Source: Acidobacteriota bacterium
GTDB taxonomy: Bacteria; Acidobacteriota; Vicinamibacteria; Vicinamibacterales; UBA2999
Direction: 5' to 3'
Assembly: GCA_023265015.1 (NCBI GenBank)
Contig: JAHFUO010000004.1
Location: 13,492-77,491 of the forward strand
Length of the DNA stretch: 64,000 nucleotides
Shown: piece by piece, positions 42,311 through 51,651 of the stretch
Layout of the letters: each line of letters opens with the position of its first letter
How positions within the stretch are numbered: the first letter of the stretch is position 1
Notes under the pieces: generated by a model
Database searches by the model: none
Told to the model about the DNA's origin: nothing
Seen by the model: the letters and a program-made list of their open reading frames with translations, nothing else
Position numbers and translations under genes: made by a program

Positions 42311-42769
42311 TCATATCCCATGCTCCGAGAGCTTGAAGCCGTCCTCATCCATCCACGGCTCGTGGAGCAGCTTCTGTGCGAAGCGTTCTTCGTTCCAGAC
42401 TTCGAGGTAATCGATCTTGCCGAACACGCGCACATCGCCGACAATCGATGCGCTGTCGCGCAGCGGCGGCGGGACGACGATCCGCCCCTGGCCGTCGAGC
42501 TCGCTGGCTTGGCCGTAGTAGTTGACGCGATCGAGGAACTTGAGGCGCGAGGGATGGTTGCCGGGCATTTTCGACAGCTTCAGCTCGACCTCGAGCCACA
42601 CGGGCATTGGATAAATGCGGACCGATTCGCCCGTGACGCTGGTGACGAACACGTCGGGGCCGTGCAGATCCTGAATCGCCCCACGAAATACCGTCGGGAT
42701 CTTCAGTCGACCTTTGTCGTCGATTCGCGTCTGGGCACTGCCCCGCAGGCCTAATTGGTCCACTTTCAT
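42311..42769 (-). CDS. mraZ: transcriptional regulator MraZ
   Basis: LRGSAQTRIDDKGRLKIPTVFR and a second DGQGRIVVP half-domain. ATG at 42769 is preferred over the ORF-track start at 42832. Confidence 0.85.
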   Translation of the reverse strand: MKVDQLGLRGSAQTRIDDKGRLKIPTVFRGAIQDLHGPDVFVTSVTGESVRIYPMPVWLEVELKLSKMPGNHPSRLKFLDRVNYYGQASELDGQGRIVVPPPLRDSASIVGDVRVFGKIDYLEVWNEERFAQKLLHEPWMDEDGFKLSEHGI

Positions 42770-42857
42770 CCACAAAAATCCACCCGGATAGTAGAACCCA
42801 AGGCATTCGATGTCAACCGGCAAATCGTTCACAGATCTGCACTTCCGTGGCGGGGGA

Positions 42858-42906
42858 TTGGGGTCAGACCCCGGTGATGCGCCGTACCGGGGTCAGACCC
42901 CGGTGA
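42858..42906. repeat. two direct copies of palindrome (A/T)(C/T)(C/G)GGGGTCAGACCCCGGTGA
   Basis: Copies at 42858-42877 and 42886-42906, in the divergent mraZ/ychF intergenic region. Confidence 0.8.
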
Positions 42907-42943
42907 CGAAGCGACTCAACTTCGCGTGCTAGGCTGGGGATTC

Positions 42944-44032
42944 ATGCTTCGCGCGGCGCTGATCGGCCTTCCTTCCAGCGGAAAAACCACCCTCTTTCAA
43001 CTCATGACGAGCATCCGCGACGCGCCCCGCGGCAAAGGTGACGTCAATATCGGGATCTCGAAGGTTCCTGACGATCGGCTCGACAAGCTGACCGCGATGT
43101 ACAACCCGCGGAAGCGCGTTCCGGCAACGGTCGAGTTCACCGACATGATTGCGCCCGCCCGCGCCGGCGCACAGGCACTCGTCGACGTGGCCGGCTACAA
43201 GAACGCCGACGCGCTGGTCCACGTCATTCGCGCGTTTCGCGATGCGGCGGTGGCGCACCCCGCCGGCTCGATCGATCCCGCGCGCGACGCGCAGACGATG
43301 GAGGACGAGCTGATCCTCGCGGACCTCGGCGTCGCTGAGCGTCGGCTGGAACGGATCGAGAGGGACCTGAAGAAGGGACGATCCACGGAGCTCGAAAAGG
43401 AGCGTGACCTCGTGCAGCGATGCAGGGAAGCGCTCGAGCAGGGCACCCCCCTCCGTGCCTTGCAGCTGGCGGGCGACGACCTCAAGCGGCTGCGCGGCTT
43501 CCAGTTTCTCTCTGCCAAGCCGTTGCTCCTCGTGATCAACCTGGACGAGGCCGACGTTGCCGATGTCGGCGCCGACCTGGCGCGCGCGGCGGACAAGACC
43601 GGGCTCACCGCGTTCCTCGCACACGCCTCGACGCGGGCCGTGGCGCTGTGCGCGAAGATCGAGCTGGAGATCTCGCAGCTCGAGGGCGCCGATGCCACCG
43701 CCTTCCTCGCCGATCTCGGTCTCGCCGAGTCGGGGCTGGACCGCGTGATCCGCACGAGCTACGACCTGCTCGGGTATGTCTCGTTCTTGACGGTTGGCGA
43801 AGACGAGTGCCGCGCCTGGTCAATCGCGCGCGGAACGCAGGCGCAGCTTGCGGCCGGCGAAATCCACACCGACATCGCGCGCGGATTCATCCGCGCGGAA
43901 GTCGTTGCCTACGACACGCTCATCGCGCGCGGGACGATGGCGGCCTGCCGCGAGCACGGCGAGGTCCGCCTCGAAGGCAAGGAATACATCGTCCAGGACG
44001 GCGATATCATCAATTTCCGCTTCGCCACGTAG
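42944..44032 (+). CDS. ychF: redox-regulated ATPase YchF
   Basis: GLPSSGKTTLF P-loop and C-terminal TGS-like EGKEYIVQDGDIINFRF. Confidence 0.85.
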   Translation: MLRAALIGLPSSGKTTLFQLMTSIRDAPRGKGDVNIGISKVPDDRLDKLTAMYNPRKRVPATVEFTDMIAPARAGAQALVDVAGYKNADALVHVIRAFRDAAVAHPAGSIDPARDAQTMEDELILADLGVAERRLERIERDLKKGRSTELEKERDLVQRCREALEQGTPLRALQLAGDDLKRLRGFQFLSAKPLLLVINLDEADVADVGADLARAADKTGLTAFLAHASTRAVALCAKIELEISQLEGADATAFLADLGLAESGLDRVIRTSYDLLGYVSFLTVGEDECRAWSIARGTQAQLAAGEIHTDIARGFIRAEVVAYDTLIARGTMAACREHGEVRLEGKEYIVQDGDIINFRFAT

Positions 44033-45108
44033 TGAGATCTTTACGCATCCTGATCCTCGAGGCCCAGGTGCCGTTCGTGCACGGCGGCGCCGAAATTCTC
44101 GTGCGCCAGCTTGCCGGCGCGCTGACCGCGCGCGGCCACGAGGCCGAAATCGTCTCGGTGCCGTTCAGGGATTACCCGAGGGAAGAGCTGTTCGCGGGCG
44201 CCGAGGCGTGGCGTCTGCTCGACGTGACGAAGGCGGCCGGCGGCGACATCGACCTGGTGATCGCGACGAAGTTTCCAACCTACTTTGCCCGGCACCCGCG
44301 CAAGGTGCTCTGGCTGGTGCATCAGCATCGCGCAGCGTACGAGCTGTGCGGCACGAGGTTCAGCGACTTCGCCCACACGGAACGCGACGTTGCCGTCCGG
44401 CGCCGGCTCATTGAAACGGACACCCGCATGCTTGCCGAGTGCGTCGGCCACTTCACGATCGCGAAGACCGTGTCCGAGCGTCTGCTCACATACAACGCGA
44501 TCGCGTCCGAAGCGCTCTATAACCCGCCGAAGCTTGCCGAGCGGCTGCGAAGCGGCGCGTACGGCGACTACGTGCTCACGGTGACCCGCCTCGAGCACGT
44601 GAAGCGCGTCGACCTCGCCATCGACGCGTTCGAGAAAGCCGCGGCTTCGGTTCGCCTGCTGGTCGCCGGCGACGGCTCGGCCCGCCAGGAGTTGAGCGAC
44701 TACATCGATCGCCGCGGTTTGCGCGATCGCGTCACCCTTCTCGGGCGCGTGGATGACGACACGCTGATCGAGTTGTACTCAGGGTGCCTCGCCGTGCTCT
44801 TTGCGCCCTATCAGGAAGACTACGGATACGTCACGCTCGAATCCTTTCTCTCGCGCAAGCCGGTCATCACTGCGCGCGACTCGGGCGGAACGCTCGAATT
44901 CGTCGCCGACGGCGTCAACGGCTGCGTGTGCGACCCTACGCCTGACGCGCTGGCGTCGGCCGTCAATCGACTCGCGGCCGATCGCGCGCTGGCCGCGTCG
45001 CTCGGCGAGCGCGGATATGGCGTCGCGCACGGCATCACGTGGGATCATGTCGTCGAGCGTCTCGTTGGCGCCGCGCAGTACGCGCCAGCGGCTGGAGCCA
45101 TGGCATGA
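44032..45108 (+). CDS. family 4 (GT-B) glycosyltransferase, paralogue 1
   Basis: The GTG start overlaps the ychF TAG by 1 nt. C-terminal E..GYV.LE....KPVI...SGG..EFV motif. Confidence 0.8.
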   Translation: MRSLRILILEAQVPFVHGGAEILVRQLAGALTARGHEAEIVSVPFRDYPREELFAGAEAWRLLDVTKAAGGDIDLVIATKFPTYFARHPRKVLWLVHQHRAAYELCGTRFSDFAHTERDVAVRRRLIETDTRMLAECVGHFTIAKTVSERLLTYNAIASEALYNPPKLAERLRSGAYGDYVLTVTRLEHVKRVDLAIDAFEKAAASVRLLVAGDGSARQELSDYIDRRGLRDRVTLLGRVDDDTLIELYSGCLAVLFAPYQEDYGYVTLESFLSRKPVITARDSGGTLEFVADGVNGCVCDPTPDALASAVNRLAADRALAASLGERGYGVAHGITWDHVVERLVGAAQYAPAAGAMA

Positions 45109-46133
45109 GAGTGGTCGTCGCGGAAGCGCGCGCTCCGTTCGCGCGAGACGGCGCGGAGCTTCACGCGCAATCTCTCCTCGCCGAGCTGCGCAAACGGGGG
45201 CACGAGGCGGAGAGCGTGGCGCTGCCGTTCGCTGCCCACAAGTCCGAGCTCCGCGCGCAGGCCTGCGCGTGGCGGATGCTCAACCTGTCCAGCAGCAACG
45301 CGCGGCCGATAGACGTGCTCATCGCCACGAGGTTCCCCACCTGGTGCGCGCGCCATCCGCGCAAGGTGGTCTGGCTGATCCATCAACACCGCGCCGCCTA
45401 CGAGTTGTTCGGGAGCAAGTACAGCGACTTCACCGTAAGCGACGAGGACGCGCGGCTCCGGCAGGAGATCATCGATCTCGACTCGCGGATGCTTCGCGAA
45501 TGTCAGCGCATCGTGACGAACGCGCACAACACTGCGAATCGCCTGCAGCGATTCAATGGCATCACCGCGAAGCCGTTGTATCATCCGCCGCCGATTGCCG
45601 ACCGTCTCCGCGCGGGCACCTACGGCGACTACGTGCTCGTCGTGGCTCGACTCGAGCCGCTGAAGCGCGTGGACCTCGTGATACGGGCGATGTCGCACGT
45701 GCCGGCACCGATCCGGCTGGTCGTCGTCGGCGACGGCTCGCAGCGGGCGGCGCTCGAGCGTGACGCCGCTCTATCGGGTGCCGGCGATCGAATCGAGTTC
45801 GCCGGCGCGCTCTGGGGGGATAACGTGGCGGATCGTTACGCCGACGCGCTTGCCGTCGCCTACGCACCGTTCGACGAGGACTACGGCTACGTCACCCTCG
45901 AGGCATTTCTCGCGTCGAAGCCGGTCATTACGGCCAGCGACTCGGGCGGACCGCTCGAGTTCGTGGTGGACGGGACGAACGGACTCGTGTGCGATCCGGA
46001 TGCGCGCGCGATCGCTGCGGCCATCAACCGGCTCGCTACGGATCGTGAACTGGCCGAGCGCCTTGGCCGCGCCGGACGCCCTGTTGCGCAGGCGATCACG
46101 TGGGACGGCGTCATCGAGCAGCTCCTTGGCTGA
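45105..46133 (+). CDS. family 4 (GT-B) glycosyltransferase, paralogue 2
   Basis: ATGA overlap with paralogue 1. Shares long identical stretches with it (ARHPRKV.WL.HQHRAAYEL, DYGYVTLE.FL..KPVITA.DSGG.LEFV.DG.NG.VCDP). Confidence 0.8.
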   Translation: MRVVVAEARAPFARDGAELHAQSLLAELRKRGHEAESVALPFAAHKSELRAQACAWRMLNLSSSNARPIDVLIATRFPTWCARHPRKVVWLIHQHRAAYELFGSKYSDFTVSDEDARLRQEIIDLDSRMLRECQRIVTNAHNTANRLQRFNGITAKPLYHPPPIADRLRAGTYGDYVLVVARLEPLKRVDLVIRAMSHVPAPIRLVVVGDGSQRAALERDAALSGAGDRIEFAGALWGDNVADRYADALAVAYAPFDEDYGYVTLEAFLASKPVITASDSGGPLEFVVDGTNGLVCDPDARAIAAAINRLATDRELAERLGRAGRPVAQAITWDGVIEQLLG

Positions 46134-46143
46134 GCCTTCAACC

Positions 46144-46989
46144 GTGTCGATCGTGATTCCCGCGATGAACGAGGCGAATGCGATCGGTGGCGTCGTGTCG
46201 GGTCTGCGCGCCGCCGCCCCATGGCGCGAGATCCTCGTCGTCGACGACGGCTCGACCGACGATACGGCCGCGCGCGCCGGCGCCGCCGGCGCGTGCGTGA
46301 TTCGTCACCCGTACAACAAGGGCAACGGCGCGGCCGTGAAGAGCGGCATCCGGCGCGCCGGCGGTGATTTCGTCGTGATCATCGACGCCGACGGACAGCA
46401 TCCTCCTGAAGACGCGCAGCGCATCGCGGCGCGGCTCGGCGAGTACGACCTCGTCATTGGCGCTCGCAGCCCGGCAACGCAGGCGACGTCCGCGCGGCGG
46501 GCAGGCAACGCCATGCTCAACCGGCTGGCGAGCTACCTGACCGGGCGGCCGATCCCGGATCTGACCTCCGGTTTCCGCGGTGCGCGCACCGAGTGCCTCC
46601 GCGAGTTCATGCACCTGCTGCCGAACGGCTTCTCGACTCCCACGACGACGACGCTCGCGTTCATCAAGGCGGGGTACAACGTCGCGTTCGAGCCTGTTCA
46701 CGCGCGGCAGCGCGCCGGCCAGTCGAAGATCCGTTTCGCGCGCGACGGCGCCAGGTTCTTTCTGATCCTGCTGAAGGTCGTGACGCTCTTCAGCCCGCTG
46801 CGGATCTTTCTGCCGATCAGCGCGTCTTCGTTCGCGGTCGGCTCGCTCTACGGCCTTTGGAACATGGCTGCGAACGGCAAGATTCCAAACGGCGCGGTCA
46901 TCCTCATTCTGTTCGCGGTGAGTGTGTTTCTCGTCGGGCTTGTGTCCGAGCAGATCGCGTCGCTGCGATTCGAAGGCCCCAAGAAGTAG
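46144..46989 (+). CDS. family 2 glycosyltransferase, polyprenyl-phosphate sugar transferase type (GtrB/ArnC-like)
   Basis: SIVIPAMNE, VVDDGSTDDT and IDADGQH, with two C-terminal TM helices. The start is GTG 46144 or TTG 46126. Confidence 0.75.
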   Translation: MSIVIPAMNEANAIGGVVSGLRAAAPWREILVVDDGSTDDTAARAGAAGACVIRHPYNKGNGAAVKSGIRRAGGDFVVIIDADGQHPPEDAQRIAARLGEYDLVIGARSPATQATSARRAGNAMLNRLASYLTGRPIPDLTSGFRGARTECLREFMHLLPNGFSTPTTTTLAFIKAGYNVAFEPVHARQRAGQSKIRFARDGARFFLILLKVVTLFSPLRIFLPISASSFAVGSLYGLWNMAANGKIPNGAVILILFAVSVFLVGLVSEQIASLRFEGPKK

Positions 46990-46994
46990 CGCGC

Positions 46995-47696
46995 ATGCGG
47001 CCGCTCGTCATCGTTCCGACCTACAACGAGCGGGACAACCTGCCGCTCCTGATCGAGCAGCTCTTGACGATTGACGGGCTGAGAATCCTGGTCGTTGACG
47101 ATGACTCGCCGGATCAGACGGGACAGGTCGCGGACGAGTTCGCCGCGGCGAATCGCGCGCGTGTCCAGGTGCTGCACCGGACGGGCAGGCGGGGCCTCGG
47201 GTTGTCGTACATCGACGGCATGTACGTCGCGCTCCGCACCGACTCGACGCATATCTGCCAGATGGACGCGGACCTTTCGCACAATCCCGCCGACATCCCA
47301 CGGCTCCTCGCCGCCACCGAGCGCGCGGAGTTCGCGATCGGCTCGCGATACGTGGCCGGCGGCCGCATCGAGAACTGGCCCCCTCACCGCCGCATGCTCA
47401 GCGCGTTCGCCAACCGCTACATCCGCGTCATTACCGGCCTCGCGATCCGCGATTGCACCAGCGGGTTCCGCTGCTGGCGACGAGCGGCGCTCGAGAAGCT
47501 GCCGCTCGCCTCGATCCGCTCCGACGGCTATGCCTTCATCGTGGAGCTCGCCTGGGAGGCATCGAAGGCCGGTTTTCGATGCGGCGAGGTGCCGATCACG
47601 TTCGTCGAACGGCGGAGAGGCGCCTCGAAGCTTTCAACCTGGGTGATCCTGGAATCAGCGATACTCCCGTGGCGGCTGGCGGCGCGGCGAAAGTAA
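46995..47696 (+). CDS. polyprenol/dolichol-phosphate mannosyltransferase-like GT2 (Ppm1/DPM1-type)
   Basis: VIVPTYNERDNL, VVDDDSPDQT, MDADLSHNP and SGFRCW. Confidence 0.8.
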   Translation: MRPLVIVPTYNERDNLPLLIEQLLTIDGLRILVVDDDSPDQTGQVADEFAAANRARVQVLHRTGRRGLGLSYIDGMYVALRTDSTHICQMDADLSHNPADIPRLLAATERAEFAIGSRYVAGGRIENWPPHRRMLSAFANRYIRVITGLAIRDCTSGFRCWRRAALEKLPLASIRSDGYAFIVELAWEASKAGFRCGEVPITFVERRRGASKLSTWVILESAILPWRLAARRK

Positions 47697-47749
47697 GCGC
47701 CTCCGTTCTTGCCTGCAAGCTATTCCCGTGGTACGGTTTATCGCTCTGC

Positions 47750-48550
47750 ATGCCAGATCAGCGCTCGACCAGTCCCTCCGGGCTCAGCATGTTTTTTCCC
47801 GCCTACAACGACGGCGGCACCATCGCGAGCCTCGTGATACTCGCGGTCCAGGTTGCCGGCCGGCTGACCTCCGACTTCGAGGTCATCGTCGTCAACGACG
47901 GGAGCACTGATTCCACCAAGGCGATCCTCGACGAGATCGCGCGGACGTATCCGCGCGTGCGCGTGATCCACCATCCGCGCAATCGCGGCTACGGCGCGGC
48001 GCTGCGGACCGGTTTTGCCGCCGCGACGAAGGATCTCGTGGCGTACACCGACGGCGACGCGCAGTACGATCCCGCGGAGCTCGAGATCCTGTGGAACAGG
48101 CTGACACCGGACGCCGACATGGTGACCGGCTACAAGATCCGCCGCTCTGATCCGCTGCATCGCGTCGTGATCGGACGTCTCTATCACTACACGGTCACGC
48201 TCCTGTTCCAGCTGCACGTGCGCGACGTCGACTGCGACTTCCGGCTGATGCGGCGTGAGATCTTCAATCGCGTGAAGCTCGAAAAGAACACCGGCGTCAT
48301 CTGTCTCGAGATGATGCGTAAGATCCAGGATGCGGGCTTCCGCGTCGTCGAGGTGCCGGTCCATCACTACCACCGGACGCATGGACGATCGCAGTTCTTC
48401 AACTTCAAGCGAGTCTTCTGGACCGGCATCGACGTGATGAAGCTGTGGGTCCAGCTCGTCGTGCTCGGGCGCGGCCGCTCCAGCACACCGGTGTTGTTCA
48501 GAAATCCGACGATCGGCGGCGCCGCTCCGCCCGAATCCACCAAGCCGTGA
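47750..48550 (+). CDS. family 2 glycosyltransferase
   Basis: MFFPAYNDGG, VVNDGSTDST, TDGDAQYDP and DCDFRLMRR. Confidence 0.8.
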   Translation: MPDQRSTSPSGLSMFFPAYNDGGTIASLVILAVQVAGRLTSDFEVIVVNDGSTDSTKAILDEIARTYPRVRVIHHPRNRGYGAALRTGFAAATKDLVAYTDGDAQYDPAELEILWNRLTPDADMVTGYKIRRSDPLHRVVIGRLYHYTVTLLFQLHVRDVDCDFRLMRREIFNRVKLEKNTGVICLEMMRKIQDAGFRVVEVPVHHYHRTHGRSQFFNFKRVFWTGIDVMKLWVQLVVLGRGRSSTPVLFRNPTIGGAAPPESTKP

Positions 48551-49572
48551 ACGCGTATCGCGAGTGCTATCGCGATCGCCGCGTGATGATCACGGGCGGT
48601 CTCGGTTTCATCGGCAGCAATCTCGCCCACCAGCTCGCCGCCCTCGGCGCCCGCGTGCTGATCGTCGACTCGCTCATTCCCGCCTACGGCGGCAACCTGT
48701 TCAACATCAGCGGCATCGAGGATCGCGTTCGCGTCAATGTCGCCGACATCAGGCAGCAGAGCACGATGAACTATCTCGTGCGCGACCAGGACGTCATCTT
48801 CAATCTCGCGGGCCAGGTGAGCCACATCGACAGCATGCAGGATCCGTACACGGACCTGGACATCAACTGCCGCAGCCAGCTGACCGTGCTCGAGGCGTGC
48901 CGCCGGAACAATCCCGACGTCAAAGTCGTGTTCGCGGGCACCCGGCAGATCTACGGCCACCCCGACACGCTGCCCGTGACCGAGGACCACCTCGTCCGGC
49001 CGACCGATGTGAACGGAATCAACAAGGCGGCGGGCGAGTACTACCACCTTGTCTACAACAACGTCTTCGGCATCCGCGCCTGCTCGCTGCGGCTGACGAA
49101 CGTCTACGGCCCCCGCCAGCTGCTCAAGCACGATCGCCAGGGCTTCATCGGCTGGTTCATCCGGCTTGCGCTCGAGAACCGCGAGATTCAAATCTACGGC
49201 GACGGCACCCAGCTTCGCGATTTCGTCTACGTCGACGATGCGGCGGATGCGTTTCTGCGCGCCGGGGTGGATGACGCCTCGAACGGCGAGGTGTTCAACG
49301 TCGGCGGAACGGAGCCGATCAGGCACCGCGACCTCGTTGAGCTGATGCTGCGGACTGCCGGCTCCGGCCGCTTCCGGTGCATCGAGTGGCCGCCCGAGAA
49401 AAAGGCGATCGACATCGGGAACTTCTATGCCGACTCATCGAAGATTCGGCGCGTGCTCGGGTGGGAGCCGGCGACATCGCTCGCCGACGGCCTCGCGCGC
49501 ACGTTCGAGTTCTACCGCGCACACCTCGATCAGTACGTGCCTGCGGCCGGAGAGCAGGTCGAAGCCCTGTGA
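48547..49572 (+). CDS. NAD-dependent sugar-nucleotide epimerase/dehydratase (SDR)
   Basis: ITGGLGFIGSNL Rossmann motif and YxxxK in AAGEYYHLVY. The GTG start overlaps the preceding TGA (GTGA). Confidence 0.8.
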   Translation: MNAYRECYRDRRVMITGGLGFIGSNLAHQLAALGARVLIVDSLIPAYGGNLFNISGIEDRVRVNVADIRQQSTMNYLVRDQDVIFNLAGQVSHIDSMQDPYTDLDINCRSQLTVLEACRRNNPDVKVVFAGTRQIYGHPDTLPVTEDHLVRPTDVNGINKAAGEYYHLVYNNVFGIRACSLRLTNVYGPRQLLKHDRQGFIGWFIRLALENREIQIYGDGTQLRDFVYVDDAADAFLRAGVDDASNGEVFNVGGTEPIRHRDLVELMLRTAGSGRFRCIEWPPEKKAIDIGNFYADSSKIRRVLGWEPATSLADGLARTFEFYRAHLDQYVPAAGEQVEAL

Positions 49573-50675
49573 CCGCGCCCGAGATTCCGTTCATCGATCT
49601 CCGCCCGGGCGAGGATGACAGCGCCGTTCGCGGCGCGATTGACCGCGTCATCGCGCGCGGCTGGTTCGTGCTCGGGCCGGAAGTCGAAGCGTTCGAAGCG
49701 GAGTTCGCGGCGGCAAGCCACGCATCGCACGCGGTCGGCGTCGGCACCGGCACCGATGCGATCGCGCTGCTGCTGAGGGCGATGAGCATCGGGCGCGGCG
49801 ATGAGGTCATCGTGCCGGCGCTCACCGCGGCATACACCGGCCTCGCCGTGATGCTCGCGGGGGCGACACCGGTGTTTGCCGATGTCGATCCCGAGCGGCT
49901 GACGCTCGATCCAGCGGCGTGTGACGCCGCGATCACACCGAGGACCGTCGCGATCATTCCCGTGCACCTCTACGGCCAGCCGGCGGACATGAGTGCGCTC
50001 CAGGCGCTCGCCGAGCGCCGCTCGGTGGCGTTGATCGAGGACTGCTGCCAGGCGCATCTCGCCATCTCCGACGGCGTTCCGGTCGGCACGCGCAGCGCCG
50101 GCGGCGCGTTCAGCTTTTATCCGACGAAGAATCTCGGCGCGCTCGGGGATGGGGGGGCGGTGATCACCAATGACGCCACGATCGCGGAGCGCGTGCGGCG
50201 CCTTCGCAACGGCGGTCAGACCGATCGCTACATCCACGTTGAAGCGGGAGCCAACAGCCGCCTCGACGAACTCCAGGCGGCGGTGCTGCGCGCGCGTCTT
50301 CCGTTCCTGGCGCGATGGACGAGCCGCCGCCGTTCGCTCGCGGCCGCGTATCGCCGCGCGCTGCCCGAGACCATCCGGCCGCTGCGCGAGCATGACGCCG
50401 GTCACGTGTACCATCTGTTCGTCATCCGCTCGCCGGAACGCGACGCGCTGCAGTCGCACCTGCGCGCGTCGGGGATCGAAACGCTCATTCATTACCCGGT
50501 GCCGCTGCCGGATCAACCGGCCTTTGCCGGCGTCCGCCGCGGCGAGTGCCCGAACGCGGCGCGTGCGGCGCGCGATATCCTGTCGCTGCCGCTCAATCCG
50601 CGCCTCGCCGACGCGGACGTCGCGCGCATCTCGGACGCGGTCGGCGCATTTCAGAAGGGACGTATCCTCGCGTGA
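49569..50675 (+). CDS. DegT/DnrJ/EryC1/StrS-family sugar aminotransferase
   Basis: GPEV..FE.EFA, FSFYPTKNLGALGDGG and NSRLDELQAA. GTGA overlap at the start. Confidence 0.85.
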   Translation: MTAPEIPFIDLRPGEDDSAVRGAIDRVIARGWFVLGPEVEAFEAEFAAASHASHAVGVGTGTDAIALLLRAMSIGRGDEVIVPALTAAYTGLAVMLAGATPVFADVDPERLTLDPAACDAAITPRTVAIIPVHLYGQPADMSALQALAERRSVALIEDCCQAHLAISDGVPVGTRSAGGAFSFYPTKNLGALGDGGAVITNDATIAERVRRLRNGGQTDRYIHVEAGANSRLDELQAAVLRARLPFLARWTSRRRSLAAAYRRALPETIRPLREHDAGHVYHLFVIRSPERDALQSHLRASGIETLIHYPVPLPDQPAFAGVRRGECPNAARAARDILSLPLNPRLADADVARISDAVGAFQKGRILA

Positions 50676-51634
50676 AAGCGCTCATCACCGGCGGTGCCGG
50701 CTTCATCGGCTCTCACCTCGCCGAGCGGCTCCTCGATGACGGCCACGAGGTGAGCGTCCTCGACAACCTGTCGACCGGATCCATCGACAACATCGCCCAT
50801 CTCAAGGGGCGCGCCGGCTTCTCGTACACAATCGACTCGGTCACCAACGAGTCGCTGCTCGCCGAACTGATCGACGGCAGCGACGTCGTGTTCCACCTCG
50901 CGGCCGCCGTCGGCGTGAAGCTGATCGTGGAGCAGCCCGTCCACACGATCGAGACCAATGTCCACGGCACCGAGGTCGTGCTCAAGCACGCGAACAAGAA
51001 GAAGAAGCTGGTCTTCATCGCCTCGACCTCCGAGGTCTACGGCAAGAGCGCGGACGTCCCGTTCCGCGAAGCCGCCGACTCCGTGCTCGGGCCGACCGAC
51101 AAGCACCGCTGGGCATACGCGTGCAGCAAGTTGATCGACGAATTTCTGGCCCTGGCGTACTGGAAGGAAAAGAAGCTGCCGGTGGTGATCGTACGGCTCT
51201 TCAACACTGTCGGACCCCGGCAGACCGGTCAGTACGGGATGGTCCTGCCGACGTTCGTCCGCCAGGCGCTGGCCGGGCAGCCCATCACCGTGTTCGGTGA
51301 CGGCACACAGTCGCGCAGCTTCACCTACGTCGGCGATGTCGTCGAGGCACTCGTGCGGCTGGCGGGAGAGCCGCGCGCCGTCGGCGGGGTCTTCAACATC
51401 GGCAACATGGGCGAGGTGAGCATCACGGACCTTGCCGTGCTCGTGAAGACGATGGCCGGCAGCTGCTCGAGCATTCAGTACATCCCGTATGACCAGGCGT
51501 ACGAGGCGGGCTTCGAGGACATGCCGCGCCGCGTGCCGGACATCACGAAAATTCGAAAGCTCGTCGGGTACGAACCAAAGGTGAAACTCGACGAAATCAT
51601 CCGTAAAGTCATCGATCACATGCGCGCGAATTAA
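50672..51634 (+). CDS. NAD-dependent sugar-nucleotide epimerase/dehydratase (UDP-glucuronate-decarboxylase-like SDR)
   Basis: ITGGAGFIGSHL, STSEVYG and YACSK. GTGA overlap at the start. Confidence 0.8.
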   Translation: MKALITGGAGFIGSHLAERLLDDGHEVSVLDNLSTGSIDNIAHLKGRAGFSYTIDSVTNESLLAELIDGSDVVFHLAAAVGVKLIVEQPVHTIETNVHGTEVVLKHANKKKKLVFIASTSEVYGKSADVPFREAADSVLGPTDKHRWAYACSKLIDEFLALAYWKEKKLPVVIVRLFNTVGPRQTGQYGMVLPTFVRQALAGQPITVFGDGTQSRSFTYVGDVVEALVRLAGEPRAVGGVFNIGNMGEVSITDLAVLVKTMAGSCSSIQYIPYDQAYEAGFEDMPRRVPDITKIRKLVGYEPKVKLDEIIRKVIDHMRAN

Positions 51635-51651
51635 GGGGAGAACGTCGTACA

